From assembly GCF_022484265.1 (NCBI RefSeq), contig NZ_JAKVLR010000001.1, positions 1,126,783 through 1,190,782 on the forward strand: a DNA stretch of 64,000 nt, written 5' to 3'. Positions 46,659 to 54,376 of this stretch are shown piece by piece; position 1 is the first letter of the stretch; the number at the start of each line of letters is the position of its first letter. Position numbers and translations under genes: made by a program. A model generated the notes under the pieces. It worked only from the letters and a program-made list of their open reading frames with translations. It ran no database searches and was not told the DNA's origin. The DNA comes from Companilactobacillus sp. GTDB taxonomy: Bacteria; Bacillota; Bacilli; Lactobacillales; Lactobacillaceae.

Positions 46659-47843
46659 ATGAAATGTCCAAACTGTGGTGCCGACATCGTTGCAGGCCAA
46701 AAGTTCTGCAATAAGTGTGGGTTCCCAATCGAAAAATATGCTAACAAAACTGCAGGTAATCAAAATCCAGCAGCTCAAAGCAATCCTAATCCTGCTCCAC
46801 AACAACCGGTTAACCAACAACCAGTTCAAAATAATGGGGTAAATCAACAACCTCAACAAAATTATCAACCAGTTCAACCAACTCAAAACATGGGTGCACA
46901 ACCAATTATGGGAAATGTGCAAAACAATATGAATAGACAACCAGTAAATCAAAATTTTAACGGTCAAGATAATAATGGCAATCAATATTCATACCAAGCT
47001 CAACCACAAGTTGCTAATAATGGTAATGGTCAAAGTTTTTCTGATGTACTTCATAAAATGATTCCATTTGCAAACGCTAATTATGGTACTAGTATTCTCG
47101 CTATTATCATTTTAGTAGCCTTATGGATGTATGCTCCAGATCCATTAACGATCATTGTGTTAATCGCCATGATCGTTGGCTGGTACTTTGGTGCTTCTAA
47201 ATTTGGAGATACTAGCATTAACTTCAATAACGGACTAGAAGGCGTTTTCCTTGCCCGCAATAACCAAAATCAACGTAAACTTTCCGATATCGTTAAATGG
47301 ACTAGCATCATTGCTGCAGCAGTTACGCTTATTTTCGTCTTTGTTGGAACATACTTTACCATCACAGGAATCGATACTATAAAACAATTACTAGGGTTGG
47401 CTGGTGGAAACGCTGATTTTCTCAAGAGCGATTATACATTGTTTGGTGGTTTAACTGATGCCAAAAAGGTAGTTGCTTTAATTCTAGGATTAACTAGTGA
47501 TTTTAGTGCAGATGAACTACAAACATTCCATCAAGCAAGAACCTTCTTAAATCTGACTTTATATGCTGCCCTACTCGGCCCAATCATTACAGTAGTGTTC
47601 AGCTTTGTTAAAATTAAGTTTAGTAGACTTTTACGTGTGCTTGGCGGAATCATTTCATCTGCTGCATTCTTATTTATTTTTGAAATGTTCAAGATGATGA
47701 CAGACTCAACGGACTCAACTTTCCATAACGTTGCTCAATACTTGACTCTTGGCTTTTCTAGTTATATCACTCCAATTGCAGCAGTTATTTCTCTAATTGC
47801 AGTTTATGCTTGGGCAATCCGTGAAAAAAGAAATTTCCAATAA
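46659..47843 (+). CDS. zinc-ribbon membrane protein with Gln/Asn/Pro-rich linker
   Basis: MKCPNCGADIVAGQKFCNKCG is a zinc ribbon. About 110 aa of Q/N/P-rich low complexity follow, then multiple TM helices. Confidence 0.6.
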   Translation: MKCPNCGADIVAGQKFCNKCGFPIEKYANKTAGNQNPAAQSNPNPAPQQPVNQQPVQNNGVNQQPQQNYQPVQPTQNMGAQPIMGNVQNNMNRQPVNQNFNGQDNNGNQYSYQAQPQVANNGNGQSFSDVLHKMIPFANANYGTSILAIIILVALWMYAPDPLTIIVLIAMIVGWYFGASKFGDTSINFNNGLEGVFLARNNQNQRKLSDIVKWTSIIAAAVTLIFVFVGTYFTITGIDTIKQLLGLAGGNADFLKSDYTLFGGLTDAKKVVALILGLTSDFSADELQTFHQARTFLNLTLYAALLGPIITVVFSFVKIKFSRLLRVLGGIISSAAFLFIFEMFKMMTDSTDSTFHNVAQYLTLGFSSYITPIAAVISLIAVYAWAIREKRNFQ

Positions 47844-47850
47844 CAAACTA

Positions 47851-47876
47851 AGAGTGCCTAATGGCACTCTTTTTTT
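47851..47876 (+). terminator. rho-independent terminator
   Basis: AGAGTGCC-taat-GGCACTCT followed by TTTTTT. Confidence 0.8.
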
Positions 47877-48016
47877 CGGTCTGATTACTAGTTTGTGACC
47901 TTTTTGTGAACTTTAAGTCGGATTCTTTTTATTAATTATTTTGTCTTGTATAATTGTTAATGTATAGATTTTTTGAAAAGCGATGTTTATTGCATTGCGA
48001 CAATGGAGGTAAACAC

Positions 48017-49465
48017 ATGGTATGTCCAAATTGTGGGCACGAGATCAAACCAGGTCAGAATTTTTGTGATAACTGTGGTCTCCCATTAAAAAAAGATATT
48101 AATGTTAGCAAAAAAACTGAGCAACCTGTCAGAGATGATGCGGTTCGCTCATTATCAGATTTAGAAAATGAATTAGATGCTCAAGACAAAGCCGCCCAAG
48201 CTAAAAAGGAGAAAATGGCCGCTGAACAATCAGAAGAGGAAGCTCGAAAAGCTGCTGACGCTAAACGTATTGCGGTCGAAAAAGCCTACGCCGAAAAAAT
48301 GGCTGCTAAACGTGCTCAAGAAGAAGCTCACGCACAACCATCAGAAGATGTAGATGACAAGACACGCGTTTTCGACTTTCGTGACCAAGTCAAACAAGCT
48401 GCACCAACTCAACCTAAGCAAAAACCTCAGGTCGATCCTAGAATGGAAATGGCCCCTGCTCAACGAGCTGAATTCGAACGTCAGGCTCACTTAAACAGTC
48501 AGCCAAAAGCACCTGACAATCTGAATTTGGACCAACCTGTTCATTTGGATCCTAAAACTGGATTGCCAGTTTATCCTGACGACAAGCCCGTTCATCATCA
48601 AGAAAAAACGGATGAAGAACAAAACGATGGCTTATTAGCCAACATGATCAATTTTTTAAAAAATAATATTTACGTTGACGTGATTGCTATCGTATTAGTC
48701 GTCATCACATTCTTTATCAAACGTAATTATGCTTGGATCTTGTTAGCTATTTTCCTTGTGGCATGGTTCTTAACTTCTCAAATCATTCATGGTAAAGAGA
48801 TTCGTTTGAATAAATTGATGAGTCATCATGATACTAAAGCTGATTCTGAAAATAATCAGTCTCATCAAAATAACCCTCAGCACAATACCAACCATCAACG
48901 AGAATCCTATCAACAGCAAGCTTATAATCAACAGCCTTATCAGCAACAACAGTCTCAACCAAGACAACAACCGCAAGCTCAGAAGCAAGCGAAACCAGAA
49001 AATCGCCATCATCGTAACTGGCGTCAAAATTTAATTATCATTGCTTCAATCGTCGCCTTTATCGCAACGATTACTGGACCATTTGTTAACGGCGTTTCCC
49101 TATCGTCAACAATTGCTCATGCAGCCACCGTTTCATCATATTTCGGTGCTCAAACTAATTTGATCATGAATCTTTCTTCAGCTGTTCGCTTTATCTGCTT
49201 TATTTCGCCAGTCATCGTATTGATTGCAGCGAACTTCAGAAGTCGCGGAAGTATCAGATTGATCAAAATATTATCACTGCTATCATCAGCAATTTATATC
49301 GTCGCATTTGCGTTATTTAGAACAAACGTGATTAATGCTGCGCTAGTTACCGGACAATATGCAGAAAACAATGCTCAAATCGGTACTAGTTTCTATGTCT
49401 TAATCGTTGCATCAGTATTATCATTGCTCTTAGCTTACACATTAAAGCCTCGAGTTAAAGATTAG
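48017..49465 (+). CDS. zinc-ribbon membrane protein with charged coiled-coil and Gln-rich segments
   Basis: MVCPNCGHEIKPGQNFCDNCG is a zinc ribbon (start ATG 48017 behind GGAGG). An A/E/K-rich region, 2 TM, a Q/N/H-rich segment and 4 TM follow. Confidence 0.6.
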   Translation: MVCPNCGHEIKPGQNFCDNCGLPLKKDINVSKKTEQPVRDDAVRSLSDLENELDAQDKAAQAKKEKMAAEQSEEEARKAADAKRIAVEKAYAEKMAAKRAQEEAHAQPSEDVDDKTRVFDFRDQVKQAAPTQPKQKPQVDPRMEMAPAQRAEFERQAHLNSQPKAPDNLNLDQPVHLDPKTGLPVYPDDKPVHHQEKTDEEQNDGLLANMINFLKNNIYVDVIAIVLVVITFFIKRNYAWILLAIFLVAWFLTSQIIHGKEIRLNKLMSHHDTKADSENNQSHQNNPQHNTNHQRESYQQQAYNQQPYQQQQSQPRQQPQAQKQAKPENRHHRNWRQNLIIIASIVAFIATITGPFVNGVSLSSTIAHAATVSSYFGAQTNLIMNLSSAVRFICFISPVIVLIAANFRSRGSIRLIKILSLLSSAIYIVAFALFRTNVINAALVTGQYAENNAQIGTSFYVLIVASVLSLLLAYTLKPRVKD

Positions 49466-49466
49466 C

Positions 49467-49504
49467 AAAAAGTCCGTCTAGACTAATCTAGGCGGACTTT
49501 TTTG
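49467..49504 (+). terminator. rho-independent terminator
   Basis: AAAGTCCGTCTAG...CTAGGCGGACTTT followed by TTT. Confidence 0.8.
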
Positions 49505-49602
49505 TATGGTCGATTTTGTAAAAAATCAAATTAAATTATCGAAGGTATATACCAAACAATATTTTAAATACAAATTACAAAATATTAGTATATGCGTATT
49601 TG

Positions 49603-49630
49603 TTTACTAGCTAACTATTCAGCCTATAAT
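49603..49630 (+). promoter_or_regulatory. orphan promoter candidate (TTTACT-16-TATAAT) at the head of an ORF-free region
   Basis: Hexamers read directly. No ORF of 60 aa or more lies downstream on either strand until glpQ. Confidence 0.35.
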
Positions 49631-50175
49631 GAATAAATAGATAGTCAGTTATGGAGATGTGAACAAGTTCAGCAATTGAGCTAAAACGCTTCTGAAGGCG
49701 ACCATGTCTGATATGGTCGCATCAGAAGCACCAGCCAACTTCTGAACCTGCAGACTCTGTAGTCTCACCAGTTAAAAGTACTGCCTCTATGGTATCTGCA
49801 GGCAAAGTACTTGGTGCATCTTCAACGGTTTCTTTAGAAACAAGTTGTGACTGCAAGCACATCAAGCAAGATGTTCAAACAACTGCAGTGGTATTTGAAC
49901 ATGGCTGAATATCATATCTGTAATTTGGGTTAAACCATCCCAAAGTTCTTATCTCATATCGAATGGGAATTTGTTCATAGACACTCTATCTTGATGATTG
50001 GACGAAGCATCCCTTTTAGGGACATTAATAAAAATTAGACTCGTCCATAAAATTAAGTATTTGCCGGATACAAATACTAAAAGTATTTAAAACACTAAAT
50101 CAATTATACGTATACGTTAAAGATCGGTGAGATTTTAACATATATTCAAAGAAAACTTTTTCTTTGTTCATGCAA

Positions 50176-50212
50176 CTCTTCTAATTCATTCACAGGATTA
50201 GGAGAGTTTTTT
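50176..50212 (+). terminator. plus-strand rho-independent terminator closing the ORF-free unit
   Basis: CTCTTCTAAT-N11-ATTAGGAGAG followed by TTTTTT, with one T-G pair. The T-run exists only on the plus strand. Confidence 0.55.
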
Positions 50213-50954
50213 AGTCCAACAAGTCCTTCATTTGATCAGCCTTGTTAGTAAAGATTCCATCAACGCCCCAGTCCAACAATTGTTTAGCACGTTCTTTATC
50301 GTCAACGGTCCAAACATTGATCTGGTAATGATATTTTTTCATCATCGCAATCTTTTGTTGAGTCAAGTCAGTATCATCTGGATGAATTATCTTAGCGTTG
50401 CATGCTTGCATGACTAAATTCCAGTCATCTTGGATAGCTTGATGTTCGAATAAGACAGCGTATTTTAGTTCAGGATTTAACTTGTTCATTTTTTCGAGCA
50501 TGATCGGACTAAAACTAGAAATGATCAAGTCGATATCAGGATCCAAGTTATCTAATGCTTTAGAAAATTTAAGACATAATTTATCTGCTAAATAATTAGC
50601 GTCATCGCCAACGACACCCTTTAATTCAATGTTAGCGTTGATCTTATTATCATTTAAAAATTTGATCAGTTGGTCTAACGTTGGCACCTTTTCACCGACG
50701 AATTTGTCAGAATACCAAGAACCAGCATCAGCTTTTTCAACAACTTCGGTGTCGACAGTTTCAATTGAACCTGTTTGGTCAGTTGTTCGATCAAGCTTGT
50801 CATCATGAATTATAAAAACATCTTCATCTTTAGTGATACTTAAATCAGTTTCGATCCATTTCAAACCATTACTGACCACTGCTTCAAAGGCCGGCATAGT
50901 GTTTTCTGGTGCTAAAGTTGGGATACCACGATGTGCAAAGATTTTTTTAGTCAT
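50211..50954 (-). CDS. glpQ: glycerophosphodiester phosphodiesterase
   Basis: FAHRG...ENT...IETDL...HDD are GDPD motifs. Start at ATG 50954 behind GGAGGA. Confidence 0.8.
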   Translation of the reverse strand: MTKKIFAHRGIPTLAPENTMPAFEAVVSNGLKWIETDLSITKDEDVFIIHDDKLDRTTDQTGSIETVDTEVVEKADAGSWYSDKFVGEKVPTLDQLIKFLNDNKINANIELKGVVGDDANYLADKLCLKFSKALDNLDPDIDLIISSFSPIMLEKMNKLNPELKYAVLFEHQAIQDDWNLVMQACNAKIIHPDDTDLTQQKIAMMKKYHYQINVWTVDDKERAKQLLDWGVDGIFTNKADQMKDLLD

Positions 50955-51035
50955 AATTTCCTCCAAATTTACTTCAATTATAAATCTTGGGGTACAAAAA
51001 GAGCAATCCAGATACTGAATTGCTCTACGTTTAAA

Positions 51036-52193
51036 TTAAGCTTGGTATCTTGAAACACCATCAAGATAAGTTTCTGACAATGTCATATCGTCATCAAGCA
51101 CGATAAAGTCAGCATCGCGACCTTCGGCGATCATTCCACACTTATCGAGAACTTTTGAACTCTTGGCAGCAGTGTAACTGGCCATTTCAATTGCTTCTTC
51201 ATCAGTAGCAATGTTCCAGTCAACGACGTTTTTAATAGCGTCTTTAAGCAATAGGATCGAACCAGCAAGGTTGTGTGTTTCATCCTTCAATCTAGCAGTA
51301 CCATCAGCAACGACAACAGGTAATTCACCAAGAACGTAGTCACCATCAGGCATCAAACCGGCACGCATACAGTCAGTGATCAAAGCAACGTGTTCAGCAG
51401 TTTTCTTTTCGATAACAACACGAGCAGCGTATGGATTAACGTGGTGGCCATCACAGATAAGTTCGTCATCAACTAAGTGCATTGAAAGAGCAGCACCAAC
51501 CATACCAGGTTGACGGTGGTTTAAACCACTCATTCCGTTGTAAGTATGTGTAAATCCAGAAGCACCAGCTTCAACACAAGCCTTAGCTTGTTCAAAAGTA
51601 GCGTCAGAGTGACCTAAAGTAACCGCAACATCATCAGATGCAACAGCTTGTGTAAATTCAACTGAACCTTTTCTTTCAGGAGCAATTGAGATTTTCTTGA
51701 TCATGCCGTGAGCAGCTTCTTGCCAGTCAACAAATTCACTAGCATCAGGGTCACGCATATATTTAGGGTTTTGAGCACCCTTGTGTTTTTCAGTATAGAA
51801 AGGACCTTCAAAATGAATACCTTGGATCTTGGCACCAGTAGCCTTTTGGTAGTTATCACCAATCGTGGCACAAATATGTCTAAGTTGATCATGAGATGCA
51901 GTCAAAGTAGTTGGCAACCAAGAAGTAACACCAGCTTTTAAAAGACCTTCTGACATTTCGTTTAATTTCTCGAAATCGTCATCCATAACATCATGACCAA
52001 CGAGACCATGAATATGAGTATCAACAAGACCAGGAGCAATAAACTTGTCAGAATAATCCACGATCTTACCTTCAGGCTTGTTATCTTCAGTGAAGAAACT
52101 ACCAAATTTGTTGTCATCAGTAATTTCAAGATAACCACCGTTTTCAGTCGTGTTAGGTAAAAAGAACTTTTTAGCATGAATGTAATATGTCAT
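51036..52193 (-). CDS. nagA: N-acetylglucosamine-6-phosphate deacetylase
   Basis: GLVDTHIHG...HFEGP...LGHSDAT...THTYNGM are NagA motifs. Start at ATG 52193 behind GGAGGA; the 30-codon upstream extension in the ORF track is unsupported. Confidence 0.85.
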   Translation of the reverse strand: MTYYIHAKKFFLPNTTENGGYLEITDDNKFGSFFTEDNKPEGKIVDYSDKFIAPGLVDTHIHGLVGHDVMDDDFEKLNEMSEGLLKAGVTSWLPTTLTASHDQLRHICATIGDNYQKATGAKIQGIHFEGPFYTEKHKGAQNPKYMRDPDASEFVDWQEAAHGMIKKISIAPERKGSVEFTQAVASDDVAVTLGHSDATFEQAKACVEAGASGFTHTYNGMSGLNHRQPGMVGAALSMHLVDDELICDGHHVNPYAARVVIEKKTAEHVALITDCMRAGLMPDGDYVLGELPVVVADGTARLKDETHNLAGSILLLKDAIKNVVDWNIATDEEAIEMASYTAAKSSKVLDKCGMIAEGRDADFIVLDDDMTLSETYLDGVSRYQA

Positions 52194-52220
52194 TTTCAAT
52201 CCTCCAATAAATATGAATAT

Positions 52221-52250
52221 AGTATAGCAAAAATAATTGGTATATACCAA
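52221..52250 (-). promoter_or_regulatory. nagA promoter (TTGGTA-18-TATACT) with perfect 14-bp palindrome TTGGTATATACCAA (52237-52250), dre/NagR-like operator
   Basis: The palindrome overlaps the -35. It resembles the GntR/HutC-type TGGTCTAGACCA dre core known for NagR/DasR regulons. Confidence 0.5.
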
Positions 52251-52426
52251 GAAAAAGGACAAAAAATCGACACAAATTAACATTCAATAAAAAATAAAAT
52301 TCAATCCCCGACAAGCACGAAGTGCTGGGAGGACAACCTTACCAGAAGAATATAATTCCCAAGTGATCACAAATACAAAAAAACAAATTTTAAAAATTAT
52401 ATTTTCCGATAAAAAAGCAGGAGATA

Positions 52427-53010
52427 GCAAGCAACCCATATTCCAACAAATATAGAGGCTTTTGAATGGTTAAATCTGAGTTCATGCGAAAGATGCAAGC
52501 ATACCTTATTTCAACAAACATAAAGGTTCTTGGTTCGTTTTAAATTAAAGTTTAAACAAAGGCTGCAAGCATACCTTCTTTCAACAAACATAGAGGTATT
52601 TGACTTAAACCAGACTAGCCGTACGGTTGGGATTGCGTTGGCCCAAGTAGAGAAGAAAGGAACGTACGTCGCCCTTGGCGCATGCGCCACTGTCTAAAAT
52701 GTTGGCTACGCCAACGAACAACCAAGGATGACGAAGCCAACAAAGCAATCCCAATAATACGGCGGCCCGCATACCTTCTTTCAACAAATATAGAGGTATT
52801 TGACTTAAACCAGACCAGCCGGAGGACGGAAATCGATGCCCCGGCCCAATGGTGGCGTTTATGTTAGTCGACGATGACGGCGACTTACATAAAAAGGCAG
52901 CTTTGAGATTTTTTCGGTCTTTGAAAAAAGCTCAAAGTGTCTTCACCATGTTCCGGCCGACAAGGGCAATTGATTTCCGTCCGGAGGAGGCCCGCATACC
53001 ACCAACAAAA
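52427..53010 (+). repeat. array of the structured modular repeat: linkers L1-L4 (52427, 52495, 52565, 52764), modules D1 (52618-52766) and D2 (52818-52989), terminal partial linker
   Basis: GCAAGCATACCTTCTTTCAACAAACATAGAGGTATTTGACTTAAACCAGAC-type linker is repeated four times. D2 matches copies B and C. D1 has a different sequence but the same stem layout. Confidence 0.85.
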
Positions 53011-53037
53011 AAAGGCTAAGCCACAAATGGCTTAACC
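53007..53037 (-). terminator. rho-independent terminator after ddl
   Basis: The minus strand reads GGTTAAGCC-atttgt-GGCTTAGCC followed by TTTTTTT. Confidence 0.6.
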
Positions 53038-53042
53038 CCTGA

Positions 53043-54101
53043 TTACTTAGCTAATTCTTCGTAATATCTCAACTTACTCTTAATGATCTTATCGCAAAGC
53101 TCAGGATAACTAATCCCAACAGCTTCCGCCTCACGAGGCATCAATGAACGAGGAGTCATACCCGGAAGAGTATTAGCCTCCATCACGAAAATATCGCGAT
53201 CACGGACCAAGAAGTCCACACGACCATAACTAGTCATACTCAAAGCTTCAAAAGTCTGCAATGCAACTTCTTGCATTTCCAAATGAATATCTTCATCGAG
53301 ATTTTCAGGAGGAGTTGTGAAGTGAGTAGTAGTATTCTCAGTAAACTTGTGTTGGAAGTCGTACCAACCAGTATCAACAGTAACTTCGATAGCTGGAAGA
53401 ACTTGACCATCAACCACAGCCACAGAGAATTCACGACCCTTGATATATTCTTCGATCAAGGCTTCTTTATCGAATCTCAATGCATCAGCAACCATTGCTT
53501 GCAATTCAGATTCATCGTTGATGATATGAGTACCAACACTTGATCCACCATTAGAAGGCTTAACAACCATTGGGAAACGGAATGGAATTTCTTCCTTTGT
53601 GATCTTGCTAGTCTTAGTAGCAACGAACTTGGCAGTTTTGATGTTGTTTTGAACAAAAACTTCTTTAGAGAATTTCTTATCCATAGTAACTGCAGATGCT
53701 AAAGTACCGCTACCTGTGTAGCGAATATCAAAGACATCAAGGACGGCTTGCATCTTACCGTTTTCTCCGTCTTCACCGTGAAGACCTAAGTAAACCATGT
53801 CTGCATGTTGGCAAACTTTCAAGACGTTCTTGCCAAGCAATCCACGAGTTCCGTCTGTACGTAAAGCATTGATCTTTTCGTCAGTCAAAACTTCATCGTC
53901 AATGATCAATTTTGATTCATCTTCGGCTTCAGTCTTAAATAATGAATCGATTTGATCATCTTCAACATCGATACCTAAAAATGAATCAATATTAGCTACT
54001 TCGTAGCCTTTGCTTCTTAAGGCGTTAGAAATCTTAACACCGGATGATAATGAAACGTTTCTTTCGGTACTTCTACCACCTGAGAGGACAACAATTTTCA
54101 T
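53043..54101 (-). CDS. ddl: D-alanine--D-alanine (or D-alanine--D-lactate) ligase
   Basis: 352 aa with the ATP-grasp Ddl signature (MKIVVLSGGRSTERNVSLSSG...EANTLPGMT). The omega-loop reads WYDFQHKF. Confidence 0.85.
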   Translation of the reverse strand: MKIVVLSGGRSTERNVSLSSGVKISNALRSKGYEVANIDSFLGIDVEDDQIDSLFKTEAEDESKLIIDDEVLTDEKINALRTDGTRGLLGKNVLKVCQHADMVYLGLHGEDGENGKMQAVLDVFDIRYTGSGTLASAVTMDKKFSKEVFVQNNIKTAKFVATKTSKITKEEIPFRFPMVVKPSNGGSSVGTHIINDESELQAMVADALRFDKEALIEEYIKGREFSVAVVDGQVLPAIEVTVDTGWYDFQHKFTENTTTHFTTPPENLDEDIHLEMQEVALQTFEALSMTSYGRVDFLVRDRDIFVMEANTLPGMTPRSLMPREAEAVGISYPELCDKIIKSKLRYYEELAK

Positions 54102-54376
54102 AGTTGTTTACCTATCTTTCTTTTGATTTTTCGAATTTAAGCGTGTTCCTAGAACCTATAGGATAGCATAAATTATCGTATCAAACTAGAAAAAAATACT
54201 GTCATGGCACGAATTTAAGCGTTATACGTGCGCTATTTTTTAAAAAATCTATCTAACAATACTGTCACATCTAGTTTTTTTCATCTGATTAAGTGCTAGG
54301 ATATTGTTTAGATTTACGAATATTCTCGAATTTTTCATAATTATTTGGTTTAATTACTTTTAAGGAGGGCTTTATT

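Noticed and set aside
46632-46985. 117-aa minus-strand ORF opposite the first zinc-ribbon gene. ORFs 48770..49027 and 48828..49034 lie similarly inside the second one.
   Set aside because: These are artefacts of the low-complexity CAA/CAG/AAT-rich coding sequence on the other strand. They have no RBS and an implausible composition.
49505-50212. Naming the ORF-free unit as a specific known large RNA (ROOL, GOLLD or OLE).
   Set aside because: The length (about 575 nt) and the host clade would fit, but I cannot recall or verify the consensus motifs from memory. A decayed-gene explanation is equally possible. I report it only as an unclassified candidate.
51036-52283. Long N-terminal extensions in the ORF track for nagA. 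The same was noticed for nanA (to 37081), gnd (to 16230), both YitT genes (to 7175 and 8114), glpQ (to 50966), prs (to 32876) and the MacB-like ABC gene (from 43632).
   Set aside because: Internal ATG codons preceded by GGAGG-type RBSs match the family N-termini. The upstream codons lack an RBS and encode non-homologous sequence.
52427-53010. Possible CRISPR array, based on regularly spaced direct repeats.
   Set aside because: The repeats are about 55 nt and imperfect. The apparent spacers are 150-170-nt self-complementary modules, or almost nothing. The same units are dispersed at other loci, and no cas genes are in the window.
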